Both the position numbers and the translations under genes were made by a program. A model generated the notes under the pieces. It worked only from the letters and a program-made list of their open reading frames with translations. It did no database searches and was not told the origin of the DNA. Below, in pieces: positions 38,118 to 47,691 of a stretch of 64,000 bases of DNA (position 1 is the stretch's first letter; each line of letters opens with the position of its first letter). This DNA is from Methanobacteriota archaeon (GTDB lineage Archaea; Thermoplasmatota; Thermoplasmata; SG8-5; DAIRED01), in assembly GCA_043799545.1 (NCBI GenBank), contig JAZDNO010000004.1, positions 1-64,000 of the forward strand, written 5' to 3'.

Positions 38118-38747
38118 TCACCGCCCTCTCTCGTCGCCCCATATCAGCTTGTGCAGCTGCGGCATCACGCGCGCGTCCAGTGTGTCCTTGAGAACGGCCT
38201 CTGCGAGCCACTTTAGGTTCGTACCTCCGACGGGGGTGAAGATGATTTCGCAAGCGACCTTGTTTGACTTCAGAATCCCCCGCGCAAAGTTGTAATCTTC
38301 CTGGTTCGCGATGACGAACTTGAGCTGGTCCGTCGGGCCGAGGACCTCGATGTTCTCCAGCTTGGTCTTCCCTTCCATCTTCGACGACGGGCACTTGACG
38401 TCCATGCTCACAGTCAGCCTCGGGTCGCACGGCATCTCCTCCAGAGAATGGGTACCGTTGGTTTCGAGCGTGACATGGTTGCCATTGGCCAGGAACCTGT
38501 TTATCAAGCGGGTGATGCCCGGCTGGAGCAGCGGCTCGCCTCCGGTAAGGCAGACGTGGCGCGTTTTCATTGCCAGGACTTCGGCGAAAATCTCGTTCGA
38601 CGATTTCTCCGCTCCGCCCTCCCACGCATATTTCGTATCGCACCACTCGCATCTCAGGTTGCACCCGGCGAAGCGAACGAAGGCAGTCGGCGCCCCGATG
38701 TGCAGCCCTTCCCCCTGCAGCGACTTGAATATTTCAACCACTTTCAT
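38118..38747 (-). CDS. queE: 7-carboxy-7-deazaguanine synthase (radical SAM)
   Basis: EIFKSLQGEG, CNLRCEWCDT, LTGGEP, PQLHK. Confidence 0.93.
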   Translation of the reverse strand: MKVVEIFKSLQGEGLHIGAPTAFVRFAGCNLRCEWCDTKYAWEGGAEKSSNEIFAEVLAMKTRHVCLTGGEPLLQPGITRLINRFLANGNHVTLETNGTHSLEEMPCDPRLTVSMDVKCPSSKMEGKTKLENIEVLGPTDQLKFVIANQEDYNFARGILKSNKVACEIIFTPVGGTNLKWLAEAVLKDTLDARVMPQLHKLIWGDERGR

Positions 38748-38802
38748 ATGGCGGGGCAAGCGGTTGTGGCTATTAAAATATTTTCAGGTTGGAAGAAACC
38801 CC

Positions 38803-39057
38803 TCACTCTTTCATGTCCTTTGCTTCCTTCAAGGTTTTCGCCAGCTCCAGGAGACGGTTTTTTGTCTCGTTCAGCTTCTTTTCCCTCGCCAGAAGCTCGT
38901 GCTCCCTCTCGTTTAACGCAGCCTCCCGCTTGCTGAGGTGCTCTTCACGCTCCATAATCATCGCCAGGAGGAGTTGCTGCTCCTTCTTCGTGTCCTTTTC
39001 GAGCTCAATCAGCTCCTTCCTGCGCAACTCCAGCGCTTCTGAGTCGTCACCGTTCAT
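38803..39057 (-). CDS. 84-aa coiled-coil protein
   Basis: Heptad E/K/L/R-rich helix; ATG lies 1 nt after the GTPase stop. Confidence 0.75.
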   Translation of the reverse strand: MNGDDSEALELRRKELIELEKDTKKEQQLLLAMIMEREEHLSKREAALNEREHELLAREKKLNETKNRLLELAKTLKEAKDMKE

Positions 39058-39058
39058 T

Positions 39059-39595
39059 TTAAGTACCCTCCAGGCTGAGCTTGGCCAGCTGTTCGAAAGC
39101 GAGCTCCACATTGGCCCCAGTCTTCGCGCTCGTAAGATGGTATCCGCACTGGTATTTCTTTGCGAGTTCCGCCACGTCATTCTCGTCGAACGCCGCCTCT
39201 CCTTCGAGGTCAGACTTGTTGCCCAAGATGATTATGGGGACCTCGCCGCTTACCTTCCAAAGCGATTCCACCCAGTACGAGGCATTGTCCAGGGTTTCCT
39301 TCCTTGTGCAGTCGCAGACCACGAGCGCGCCCTTGACATGCGCGAATGCGACGCTCTCGATTATCTTGAAGTGCTTCTGGCCCATCACGTCCCATACCAT
39401 CATCGCGACTACTTCCGTCCCCGCCCCGGTCTTGATTTTAACTATCTTCTTCATCACCTTCGCACCGATGGTCTGGATGTACGAGTCGTCATATTTGTCT
39501 ATGACAAAGCGGGTGACCAGGCTTGTCTTTCCCACCATCGGGTCGCCCACGAGGGCGAATTTCAGGATGTAGCTCGGGGATTCTTCGGAGACCAT
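39059..39595 (-). CDS. Rab-like small GTPase
   Basis: G1 GDPMVGKT, G2 YIQTIG, G3 WDVMGQ, G4 NKSD, G5 SAK. Confidence 0.92.
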   Translation of the reverse strand: MVSEESPSYILKFALVGDPMVGKTSLVTRFVIDKYDDSYIQTIGAKVMKKIVKIKTGAGTEVVAMMVWDVMGQKHFKIIESVAFAHVKGALVVCDCTRKETLDNASYWVESLWKVSGEVPIIILGNKSDLEGEAAFDENDVAELAKKYQCGYHLTSAKTGANVELAFEQLAKLSLEGT

Positions 39596-39626
39596 TAGTT
39601 TACCTTAGTATGCAGTAAACAGGTAG

Positions 39627-39636
39627 ATATATTTAA
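39627..39636 (-). promoter_or_regulatory. TATA box for the GTPase operon
   Basis: TTAAATATAT about 30 nt upstream of ATG 39595. Confidence 0.5.
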
Positions 39637-39680
39637 GAGATGACGCTCATCCATTTATCATCACAATCGATTTGGATTGC

Positions 39681-40706
39681 TCATTTCTGCGGTTCAATTA
39701 TGACCTTCATCGAGTCCTTTGCCTCGGCGACCAGCCTGAACCCCTCCTGGATTTGGGCCAACGGGAGCCTGTGGGTTATCATGTCCTTGACGTTGATCTT
39801 CCGCGCCGCGATGATGTCCAGAGCCTCGCGCATGTCCTGGAGCGTGCCGGCGTAGGACGTGTGCACGGTCACGCAGTCTCGCCATAGCTCCCAGAGCGGC
39901 AAAGGGACGGTCTCGCCAGGCTTTGTCGGCGCGAACAGCAGCACGTGGCCTCCCCGGTCGGCAGAACGGAAAGCCTGGGCCATGGCTGGCTGGGCGGCGG
40001 CGCAAACGATTACGATATCCGCCCCCTTTCCGCGGTTCAGTTCGCGTATCCTGGCGGGGACGTCCTCGTCAGCCGTCAGAGTGGCGTCGGCGCCGAGCTT
40101 CCGCGCCATTTCGAGGCGGGCGCCGCTGATATCTGTTGCAATGACCAGCGCTGCTCCCGACGCCTTCGCCAATTGAACGTGCAGCAATCCGGAAATCCCG
40201 CTCCCTATGACCGCGATGGTCTTGCCTTTCTTCATCCCGGCCTTCCGCTGGCCCCTGACGACGCAAGCGAGCGGCTCGACGAAGGTGCCCTCCTCGAAGC
40301 TCACGCCCTCGGGCAGTTTGAGCGTGCCCGTTTCGACCTGGGCTTTTGGAATCCTGACCAATTCAGCGAAGCCGCCGGGCTCGAAGTTGGTGGAGCGTAG
40401 CGAATCGCAGACCGTTTCGTTTCCGTCCTTGCAGTAATCGCACGAGTAGCAAGGGACGTGGTGCGTTGCGACAATCCAGTCGCCCGGCCTGAATTGCGAG
40501 GGACCTGGTCCGGCCTCTACGACGAAACCTGCAATCTCGTGCCCAAGGACGAGCGGCGCCTTCTTGACGCGGTACCATTCCATCACGTCTGAACCGCAAA
40601 TGCCAGAAGCCATTACCTTGACCAAAAGCTCTCCGGGGCCGACCTTGGGCTGGGGGCGCTCCTCCACCCTTACATCAGAATTATTATAGTAAACAGCCAC
40701 CCGCAT
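39681..40706 (-). CDS. Zn-dependent (MDR) alcohol/polyol dehydrogenase
   Basis: GICGSD, GHE, CYSCDYC structural Zn site, GSGISG; TAATG-coupled to lsrF. Confidence 0.92.
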   Translation of the reverse strand: MRVAVYYNNSDVRVEERPQPKVGPGELLVKVMASGICGSDVMEWYRVKKAPLVLGHEIAGFVVEAGPGPSQFRPGDWIVATHHVPCYSCDYCKDGNETVCDSLRSTNFEPGGFAELVRIPKAQVETGTLKLPEGVSFEEGTFVEPLACVVRGQRKAGMKKGKTIAVIGSGISGLLHVQLAKASGAALVIATDISGARLEMARKLGADATLTADEDVPARIRELNRGKGADIVIVCAAAQPAMAQAFRSADRGGHVLLFAPTKPGETVPLPLWELWRDCVTVHTSYAGTLQDMREALDIIAARKINVKDMITHRLPLAQIQEGFRLVAEAKDSMKVIIEPQK

Positions 40707-41509
40707 TATCTCTTGCCCCACTTGCGCTTCGCCTTGACGCTCTTGAAAATCTCGTGGGCGTCGTTCGGTTTCGTCCCGTCGTGCACCACCGCCCGCACCG
40801 CCTGTATCATCGCGACAGGGTCTTCCGACTGGAAGATGTTCCTCCCCATGTCGACGCCCGCCGCGCCAGAAGCGATTGCCCCGCTGGCCATTTTCAATGC
40901 GTCCAGCTCCGGGAGCTTCTTGCCGCCGGCTATCACTATCGGAACCGGGCAGGTGTCGACGACCTCCTTGAAGTTGTCTACATAATAGGTCTTGACTATC
41001 GACGCTCCCAGCTCCGCGGCGATGCGCGAAGCCAGGCTCATGTATCTGGCGTCGCGGGCCATTTCCTTGCCGACGGCAGTCACGGCGACGACGGGAATGC
41101 CATACGCCTGCGCCTCGTCGACGACCTCGCTGAAGGCCAGGAGCGTGTCGCGCTCGAATTCCGCGCCGACCATTATCGAGAACGCAACGCCGGCGACATT
41201 GAGCCTGATGGCGTCCTCGATGGACGCGGTGATGCCCTCGTGCAGTAGGTTCTTGTTGAGTATGCTGGTTCCACCGGAGACTCGCAGGACGATAGGCACG
41301 TCCGTGTCCGGGCTCACGTAATGGCGGAGAGCTCCCCTAGTGAGCATGAGCGTGTCGGCGAAAGGCAGCAGCGGGTCGATTGTCTTTTTTATGTTCTCCA
41401 GCCCGGTCGTCGGACCCATGAAGTACCCGTGGTCCACTGCGAGCATCACGGTCTTTCGGCCCTTCGGTCTTATAATCCTGGACATCCTGTTTGCCATACC
41501 CCAGTCCAT
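40706..41509 (-). CDS. lsrF: LsrF-type thiolase / class I (DhnA-family) aldolase
   Basis: MDWGM.NR, MLAVDHGYFMGP, LRVSGG, IVKTYY, PIVIAGGKK, DMGRNIFQ. Confidence 0.85.
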   Translation of the reverse strand: MDWGMANRMSRIIRPKGRKTVMLAVDHGYFMGPTTGLENIKKTIDPLLPFADTLMLTRGALRHYVSPDTDVPIVLRVSGGTSILNKNLLHEGITASIEDAIRLNVAGVAFSIMVGAEFERDTLLAFSEVVDEAQAYGIPVVAVTAVGKEMARDARYMSLASRIAAELGASIVKTYYVDNFKEVVDTCPVPIVIAGGKKLPELDALKMASGAIASGAAGVDMGRNIFQSEDPVAMIQAVRAVVHDGTKPNDAHEIFKSVKAKRKWGKR

Positions 41510-41621
41510 GCAAGCACCTGGAAGGGGATGCGCGTGGGGGTAAAAAAAGGTTGGGAGGGGTGAATTCGCCGGGGGTAATTATTTATCAGATGAGTATCAT
41601 GTATGAATTGGGGGAAAGAAA

Positions 41622-43139
41622 ATGTCCAACGACAATGATAAGAAGAAGGTTTTGACCAACAACTTCGGCGCACCGGTGGACGACGACCAGAACAGCGCGA
41701 CCGCCGGGAGCGGCGGGCCGATCCTCATGCAGGACGCACACCTGCTGGAGAAACTCGGGCACTTCGATCGCGAGCGGATACCGGAAAGAGTTGTGCACGC
41801 CAAGGGCGCTGGAGCCTACGGCTACTTCGAGGTCACGGCGGACGTGACGAAATACACGAAGGCGAGATTCCTCAGCCAGGTCGGCAAGAAAACCGAGGTA
41901 TTCGCCCGCTTCTCGACCGTGGGCGGGGAGAAGGGTTCGGCAGATGCAGAGCGGGATCCGCGCGGCTTCGCGGTCAAGTTCTATACCGAGGACGGCAACT
42001 ACGACATGGTCGGCAACAACACTCCGGTATTCTTCATCCGCGACCCGCTGAAGTTTCCGGACTTCATACACACACAGAAGCGCAATCCAAAGACGAACCT
42101 AAAGGACCCCGACATGTTCTGGGATTTCCTGTCCCTCACGCCGGAGGCCATCCACCAGGTCACCATCCTCTTTTCCGACAGGGGGACGCCGAGAACGTTC
42201 AGGCACATGAACGGGTACGGCAGCCACACCTTCATGTGGTACAACGTGAAGGGGGAGCACTGCTGGGTCAAGCTGCACTTCAAGACGGAGCAGAAGGTGC
42301 AGAACCTCACTCGCGAGGAGGCAGACGCCATGAAGAGTAGGGATCCGGACCACGCGACGCGGGACCTGCACGACTCAATCGCAAAGGGGGAATTCCCATC
42401 TTGGCGGCTCGAGGTACAGATTATGACTCCGGAGCAGGCTGAGAAAGCCAACTTCGACCCGTTCGACGTCACGAAGGTGATGCCGCATGCGGAGTTTCCG
42501 CCGATTACGGTCGGTCGCCTGGTTCTGAATCGCAACCCCGAGAACTATTTCGCCGAGGTGGAGCAGGCCGCGTTCTCGCCAGCGAACTTCGTGCCAGGAA
42601 TAGGGCCGTCACCGGACAAGCTGCTGCAGGGGAGGCTTTTCAGCTACCACGACACCCACCTGCACCGCTTGGGCACGAACTACCATCTCATCCCCGTCAA
42701 CGCGCCCAAGGCTGCAAAGATGGACAACTACCAGCGCGACGGCTTCATGTATGCCTCGCCGCCAGGCGGTGGGCATCCGAACTACTACCCGAACAGCATG
42801 GGCGGTCCCGCACCCGACATCAAGGCTCAGATGCCCCAGCTGGCGATTTCGGGGAAGGCCGCGAGGCAGAGGTATTCCCACCCCAACGACGACTACGTGC
42901 AGGCTGGAGACCTGTATCGCAAGGTCATGACGGATACCGACCGGACGCGGTTGATCGGAAATATCGTTGCCCACTTAGGTGGCGCCCAGAAGCGCATCCA
43001 GCTCAGGCAGGCTGCGATTTTCTACAAGGCCGACGCGGACTACGGGGGTAGGGTCGCCGAAGGTCTTGGTCTGGACATCAAGAGGGTCGGGGAGCTTTCC
43101 GAGATGGGTCATGAGGAGAGGGCGAAGGCGACCTTATAG
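41622..43139 (+). CDS. katE: Monofunctional heme catalase (small subunit)
   Basis: [40 protein letters not shown]. Confidence 0.96.
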   Translation: MSNDNDKKKVLTNNFGAPVDDDQNSATAGSGGPILMQDAHLLEKLGHFDRERIPERVVHAKGAGAYGYFEVTADVTKYTKARFLSQVGKKTEVFARFSTVGGEKGSADAERDPRGFAVKFYTEDGNYDMVGNNTPVFFIRDPLKFPDFIHTQKRNPKTNLKDPDMFWDFLSLTPEAIHQVTILFSDRGTPRTFRHMNGYGSHTFMWYNVKGEHCWVKLHFKTEQKVQNLTREEADAMKSRDPDHATRDLHDSIAKGEFPSWRLEVQIMTPEQAEKANFDPFDVTKVMPHAEFPPITVGRLVLNRNPENYFAEVEQAAFSPANFVPGIGPSPDKLLQGRLFSYHDTHLHRLGTNYHLIPVNAPKAAKMDNYQRDGFMYASPPGGGHPNYYPNSMGGPAPDIKAQMPQLAISGKAARQRYSHPNDDYVQAGDLYRKVMTDTDRTRLIGNIVAHLGGAQKRIQLRQAAIFYKADADYGGRVAEGLGLDIKRVGELSEMGHEERAKATL

Positions 43140-43237
43140 GCAATATTGAGAACTAGGAAAGGGATTTGGCAGCTAGCCTTCTGAGCCCTCGTCAATATCT
43201 TGATATGCCCGAAATCAGATTCATTCCCGGTGATAAC

Positions 43238-44023
43238 ATGAAAGTTGTGGACCTCGACCCGGCGTATGTCGACGAATACCTCGTGTGCCTTGAGGATTGG
43301 AGCCCCGAGATGAAGGAGGCGGGGGATCGCAAGCGCCAGTGGTACCAACGATTCAAAGATCAAGGTTTGCGCGTCAAGCTCGCGGTGGACGACAAAGGCA
43401 CAGTCGGCGGCATGATTCAGTATCTGCCAATCGAGAAATCGTTCGCCGACGGCGAGGGGCTCTACATGATTCTATGCATCTGGGTCCACGGCTACAAGGA
43501 GGGGCGCGGCGACTACAGGAAGAAGGGGATGGGCAGCGCGCTCATCAAGGCCGCTGAGGAGGACGCGAGGGCGCTCGGCGCGAAGGGAATCGCCGCCTGG
43601 GGCATCTCGATGCCTTTCTGGATGAAGGCGTCGTGGTTCAAGAAGTACGGCTTCGAGGTTGCGGACAAGAACGGCATGATAGTGCTGTTATGGAAGCCGT
43701 TCGCTGAGGACGCGAAGAAGCCAAAGTGGATTCCGGAGGCATTCGACGTGCCGTTGGCGCCAGGCAAAGTGAACGTGACCGCCTTCACGAACGGCTGGTG
43801 CCCGGCCAGCAACATAGTGTACGAGCGGGCCAAGCGAGCGTCCAAGGAATTCGGCGACAAGGTGAATTTCGTCGAGATAGATACATCGGATAAATCTGTC
43901 GTCTGCAAGTGCGGCCATTCGGACGCGTTCTTCATCGACGGGAAACAGGTGAGGACGGGACCGCCGCCGACTTACGAGAAGATTCGGAAAATGATTGAGA
44001 AGAAAGCGAAGAAGATAAAGTGA
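43238..44023 (+). CDS. GNAT acetyltransferase with YoaP/thioredoxin-like C-terminus
   Basis: CIWV...KKGMGSAL, WFKKYGF, NGWCPA; GGTGA RBS. Confidence 0.8.
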   Translation: MKVVDLDPAYVDEYLVCLEDWSPEMKEAGDRKRQWYQRFKDQGLRVKLAVDDKGTVGGMIQYLPIEKSFADGEGLYMILCIWVHGYKEGRGDYRKKGMGSALIKAAEEDARALGAKGIAAWGISMPFWMKASWFKKYGFEVADKNGMIVLLWKPFAEDAKKPKWIPEAFDVPLAPGKVNVTAFTNGWCPASNIVYERAKRASKEFGDKVNFVEIDTSDKSVVCKCGHSDAFFIDGKQVRTGPPPTYEKIRKMIEKKAKKIK

Positions 44024-44083
44024 CGCATCCATCGTGCCGATCTCGTTACGTTTATATCCGTCGTCGTGCGTTGAGCGCCCGTC

Positions 44084-45277
44084 ATGCCGCGTTTCGTCAA
44101 GGGGATGGTACTCAGCGAGCGGTTCTTCCGCGAAGTCGTCGAGAGCATCGTGCACGACAAGCATCCCGGTCTGAAATATTCCGCAGGCCTGCTCGGGTAC
44201 GGTTCCGAGGTGCTGGGGCTCGATTCTGCGCGCTCCACGGACCACGAATGGGGGCCGTGCGTCCAGCTATTCCTCGAACCAGCAGACTTCGGAAAGAGAA
44301 ACCGCATCCTCAGGACTCTGGCCGAAAAGCTCCCGCCTGAGTTCATGGGATTCTGCACGAACTTCGAGAGGGATGCTCCGGGTGAATCCAGGGTGGCGAA
44401 GCGGTCCGGGAAGGGGGCGCCTATCAACCACAAGGTCGAAGTCCACACAGCCGCTTCTTTCTTCAAGGACTACATGGGGCTGGACATCAAGAGAAAGATG
44501 AGACCAATCGATTGGCTCACGACGTCGGAGCAGAAGCTTGCGACTGTGCGCGCCGGCACGCTGTTCAGGGACGACCTGGACATGGAACGCTTGCGGGAGA
44601 AATTACGATACTATCCCCGTGACATCTGGCTCTACCTGCTGGCCTCCGAATGGGCGAAGCTTGGCCAGGAGGAGCCGTTCGTGGGCCGATGCGGCGAGGC
44701 CGGCGACGACATGGGCTCGCGGCTCGTCGCCGCCAGGCTCGTCCACACGGTGATGCGGCTCTGCTTCCTGATGGAGCGTGAGTACGCACCTTACAGCAAG
44801 TGGTTTGGCACGGCGTTCTCGAAGCTGGAGTGCGCGCGGGTCATCGCCCCGTCGCTCAACGGCGCGCTCTCCGCGGGGGACTGGAAAACGCGGGAGGAGA
44901 ACCTCTCGATGGCTTACGAGTTCGTCGCGGCGAAGCACAACGAGCAGGGAATCACCAAACCGCTGGATTCGAAGGTGTCGCAGTTCCATGACAGACCGTA
45001 TTTAGTCATCCACGGCGATTCTTTCGCGTCCGAGATACGGAAGAAGATTCGCGACCCAGTGGTGAAACGGCTGCCTCCGAACCTGGGGTCGGTCAACCAG
45101 TTTTCGAGCACTGTGGACCTGCTGGACGACGACAGGCTTCTGCGACGGCTGGAGTGTTTGTACAGCCCGCTAGAAGCGAGCAACACGGAAAGGGTTTTCT
45201 TCCCCTCTACGCCTTCTGGCCAGCCATTTTCTTCTTCAGGTGCGGTATCAGCCCGCCGTCGGTCAGAATCTCCATGA
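44084..45277 (+). CDS. DUF4037 domain protein (nucleotidyltransferase-like)
   Basis: AGLLGYGSEVLGLD..RSTDHEWGP, YYPRDIWL, YAPYSKW. Confidence 0.8.
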   Translation: MPRFVKGMVLSERFFREVVESIVHDKHPGLKYSAGLLGYGSEVLGLDSARSTDHEWGPCVQLFLEPADFGKRNRILRTLAEKLPPEFMGFCTNFERDAPGESRVAKRSGKGAPINHKVEVHTAASFFKDYMGLDIKRKMRPIDWLTTSEQKLATVRAGTLFRDDLDMERLREKLRYYPRDIWLYLLASEWAKLGQEEPFVGRCGEAGDDMGSRLVAARLVHTVMRLCFLMEREYAPYSKWFGTAFSKLECARVIAPSLNGALSAGDWKTREENLSMAYEFVAAKHNEQGITKPLDSKVSQFHDRPYLVIHGDSFASEIRKKIRDPVVKRLPPNLGSVNQFSSTVDLLDDDRLLRRLECLYSPLEASNTERVFFPSTPSGQPFSSSGAVSARRRSESP

Positions 45278-45704
45278 TGAACGGCGGCAGTGGTCTGAAC
45301 GTCACGACCTCGCCAGTGCGCAGTATCTTCACAGTCCCTGCAGCCATATCGAACTCTATCTCGTCACCCTTTTGCAGCTTGTCTACTAGCTCCGGCGCCT
45401 GTATCACTGGCAGGCCGAGATTGATTGCATTGCGGTAGAAGATGCGCGCGAACGATTTTGCTACAACCGCCTGCACTCCAGCCACGGAAAGGCACGTCGC
45501 GGCCTGCTCTCTTGACGAACCGCAGCCGAAGTTGCGCCCCCCGACGACTATGTCGCCCGGCTTGACGCCCTTGGCGAACTCCTTGTCCAGGTCTTCCATC
45601 GCCACAGAGGCCAGGAACTTGGTGTCGTAGTTGGCCAGATGCCTTCCGGGCAGTATGACGTCCGTGTTTATGTCGTCGCCGTACTTCCAGACCTTTCCAT
45701 TCAT
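45207..45704 (-). CDS. leuD: 3-isopropylmalate dehydratase/homoaconitase small subunit
   Basis: GDDINTDVILPG, NFGCGSSREQA, FARIFYRN. Confidence 0.92.
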   Translation of the reverse strand: MNGKVWKYGDDINTDVILPGRHLANYDTKFLASVAMEDLDKEFAKGVKPGDIVVGGRNFGCGSSREQAATCLSVAGVQAVVAKSFARIFYRNAINLGLPVIQAPELVDKLQKGDEIEFDMAAGTVKILRTGEVVTFRPLPPFIMEILTDGGLIPHLKKKMAGQKA

Positions 45705-46966
45705 TGCACATACCTCCTTGGGTCTGCAATGGCGCCCTCAAGCGCGGAAGCAGCCACCGCTGCGGGGGAAGCCAGGTAGACCTCAGACGTGGGGTCGCCC
45801 ATCCTTCCTTTGAAGTTCCTGTTCGTCGAGGAGATGCAGCGCTCGCCTGCGGCCATGATGCCCTCGTGCGCTCCGAGGCATGGCCCGCATCCGGGGTTGA
45901 TGACGACCCCGCCAGCGGTAACGTACGTAGCCAGAATCCCTTTCTTCGACGCTGCTATATAGACCTCACGTGACGCTGGCGCAACGATGAGGCGCACGTT
46001 CTTGTGCACGAACTTCCCCTTCAGAATTGCGGCCCCCTCGGCCAAATCCTCCAAGCGACCGTTTGTGCAGGAGCCGATAATCGCCTGGTTGATTGGGGTG
46101 CCAACGACCGCAGAAATCGGTTTCACGTTGTCCACGGCGTGCGGGCAGGCAATCTGCGGCTCGAGAGTCGAGACGTCGTACTTGAGCTTCTTATCGTACT
46201 TCGCGCCAGGGTCGGCGTAGACGGGTGTGAACTGCCTCTTCGCCCGGCCGTCCAGGTACTTCAGCGTCTTCTTGTCCGGCGGGCAAATCGCCGCCTTCGC
46301 GCCCATCTCCATGGACATGTTGCAGATGGTCATGCGCCCGCCGACTGACATCGAGGTTATTGTGGAGCCGTAGAACTCCACAGAAGCGTAGTCCGCGCCG
46401 TCTGCCTTGATGTCGCCGATTATCTTCAATATCAAATCCTTGGGGTAGACCCCCTTCGGAAACTTGCCCCGGACGCTAATCTTGATGCTCTTTGGCACCA
46501 TCAGCCATAGCGAGCCAGTAGCCCAGACTCCGGCCATCTCGGTCGCTCCGATTCCGGTGCTGAATGCCCCCAGCGCCCCGTAGGTCGTCGTGTGGCTGTC
46601 CGTGCCGACGATTAGCTCCCCCGGAAGGGCGTAGCCGTGCTCTGGCATGACCTGATGGCATATCCCCTCCTTGATGTCGAAGAAGTTCGGGAGGCCCTGC
46701 GCGGCCACGAACTCGCGTATCTTCTTGTGGCCTTCGGCGGTCTTGATGTCGTTCGCCGGAACCCTGTGGTCCATGAGGAGGACTATCTTGTCCTTGTCCC
46801 AAACATTGGGAACACCAATTGAGGCGAAGTGCTTCGACACGAGCGCCGCGTTGTCGTGCGACATCGCCCTGTCGACCTTCGCGTCGACAATCTCACCCAC
46901 TTCCACAGATTCCTTTCCGCCAGCTCTGGCCAAAACCTTCTGCGCTATCGTTTTTCCAACAGGCAT
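45701..46966 (-). CDS. leuC: 3-isopropylmalate dehydratase/homoaconitase large subunit
   Basis: GICHQ, GTDSHT, IGSCTNGR, CGPCLG, NRNFKGRMG; leuC vs hacA not resolved. Confidence 0.93.
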   Translation of the reverse strand: MPVGKTIAQKVLARAGGKESVEVGEIVDAKVDRAMSHDNAALVSKHFASIGVPNVWDKDKIVLLMDHRVPANDIKTAEGHKKIREFVAAQGLPNFFDIKEGICHQVMPEHGYALPGELIVGTDSHTTTYGALGAFSTGIGATEMAGVWATGSLWLMVPKSIKISVRGKFPKGVYPKDLILKIIGDIKADGADYASVEFYGSTITSMSVGGRMTICNMSMEMGAKAAICPPDKKTLKYLDGRAKRQFTPVYADPGAKYDKKLKYDVSTLEPQIACPHAVDNVKPISAVVGTPINQAIIGSCTNGRLEDLAEGAAILKGKFVHKNVRLIVAPASREVYIAASKKGILATYVTAGGVVINPGCGPCLGAHEGIMAAGERCISSTNRNFKGRMGDPTSEVYLASPAAVAASALEGAIADPRRYVQ

Positions 46967-47097
46967 GTGCTCGCCCCGCAGTGGAATCATGCAACAGGTA
47001 TAAAACTGATACTGTGCATAACATCCTGATGATGGCCATCGGGTTTAAAAACGCTCGAAATTCCAAACGGCCATGCACCAGCGCCATCTGCTACTCT

Positions 47098-47105
47098 TTT
47101 ATATA
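47098..47105 (+). promoter_or_regulatory. TATA box of the rps12-rps7-fusA operon
   Basis: TTTATATA, with a second GTTATAAA at 47112-47119. Confidence 0.5.
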
Positions 47106-47258
47106 ACAACCGTTATAAACCCCTTCCCTTTCATAGGGGGAGCCGCCTTCTGAGGGTCTGTGGCCTTCTACGGCGGGCGCACCTCGTGTGTCACAAGCAT
47201 ACTCGGTGCGCGACGGGCGCACACGATGCGCGATACTAAACCAAAAGGTCGTGAACTG

Positions 47259-47687
47259 ATGGCAAGGGGATTACACACAGCACGCAAGCTCCGGGACGAC
47301 AGGCAGGCCTCCCGCTGGAGCGACAGGTACTACAAGAAGAGGGTTCTCCACCTAAAGGAGAAAGCAGATCCCTTGGAGGGGTCAGCTCAGGGCAGGGGCA
47401 TAGTCCTGGAGAAGGTCGGAGTCGAGGCCAAGCAGCCCAACTCCGGCATCCGCAAGTGCGTCAAGGTCCAGCTTATAAAAAACGGCCGCCAGATAACCGC
47501 GTTCGCGGTCGGTGACGGGGCCATCAACTTCATAGACGAGCACGATGAAGTCCTTGTGGAGGGAATCGGGGGCCGCATGGGCCGTTCCTACGGTGACATC
47601 CCCGGCGTGCGTTTCAAGGTCATCAAGGTCAACAACGTTTCGCTGGACGAGCTTGTCCGCGGGCGCAAGGAGAAACCAGTGAGGTGA
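47259..47687 (+). CDS. rps12: 30S ribosomal protein uS12
   Basis: [23 protein letters not shown]. Confidence 0.98.
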   Translation: MARGLHTARKLRDDRQASRWSDRYYKKRVLHLKEKADPLEGSAQGRGIVLEKVGVEAKQPNSGIRKCVKVQLIKNGRQITAFAVGDGAINFIDEHDEVLVEGIGGRMGRSYGDIPGVRFKVIKVNNVSLDELVRGRKEKPVR

Positions 47688-47691
47688 TGAA

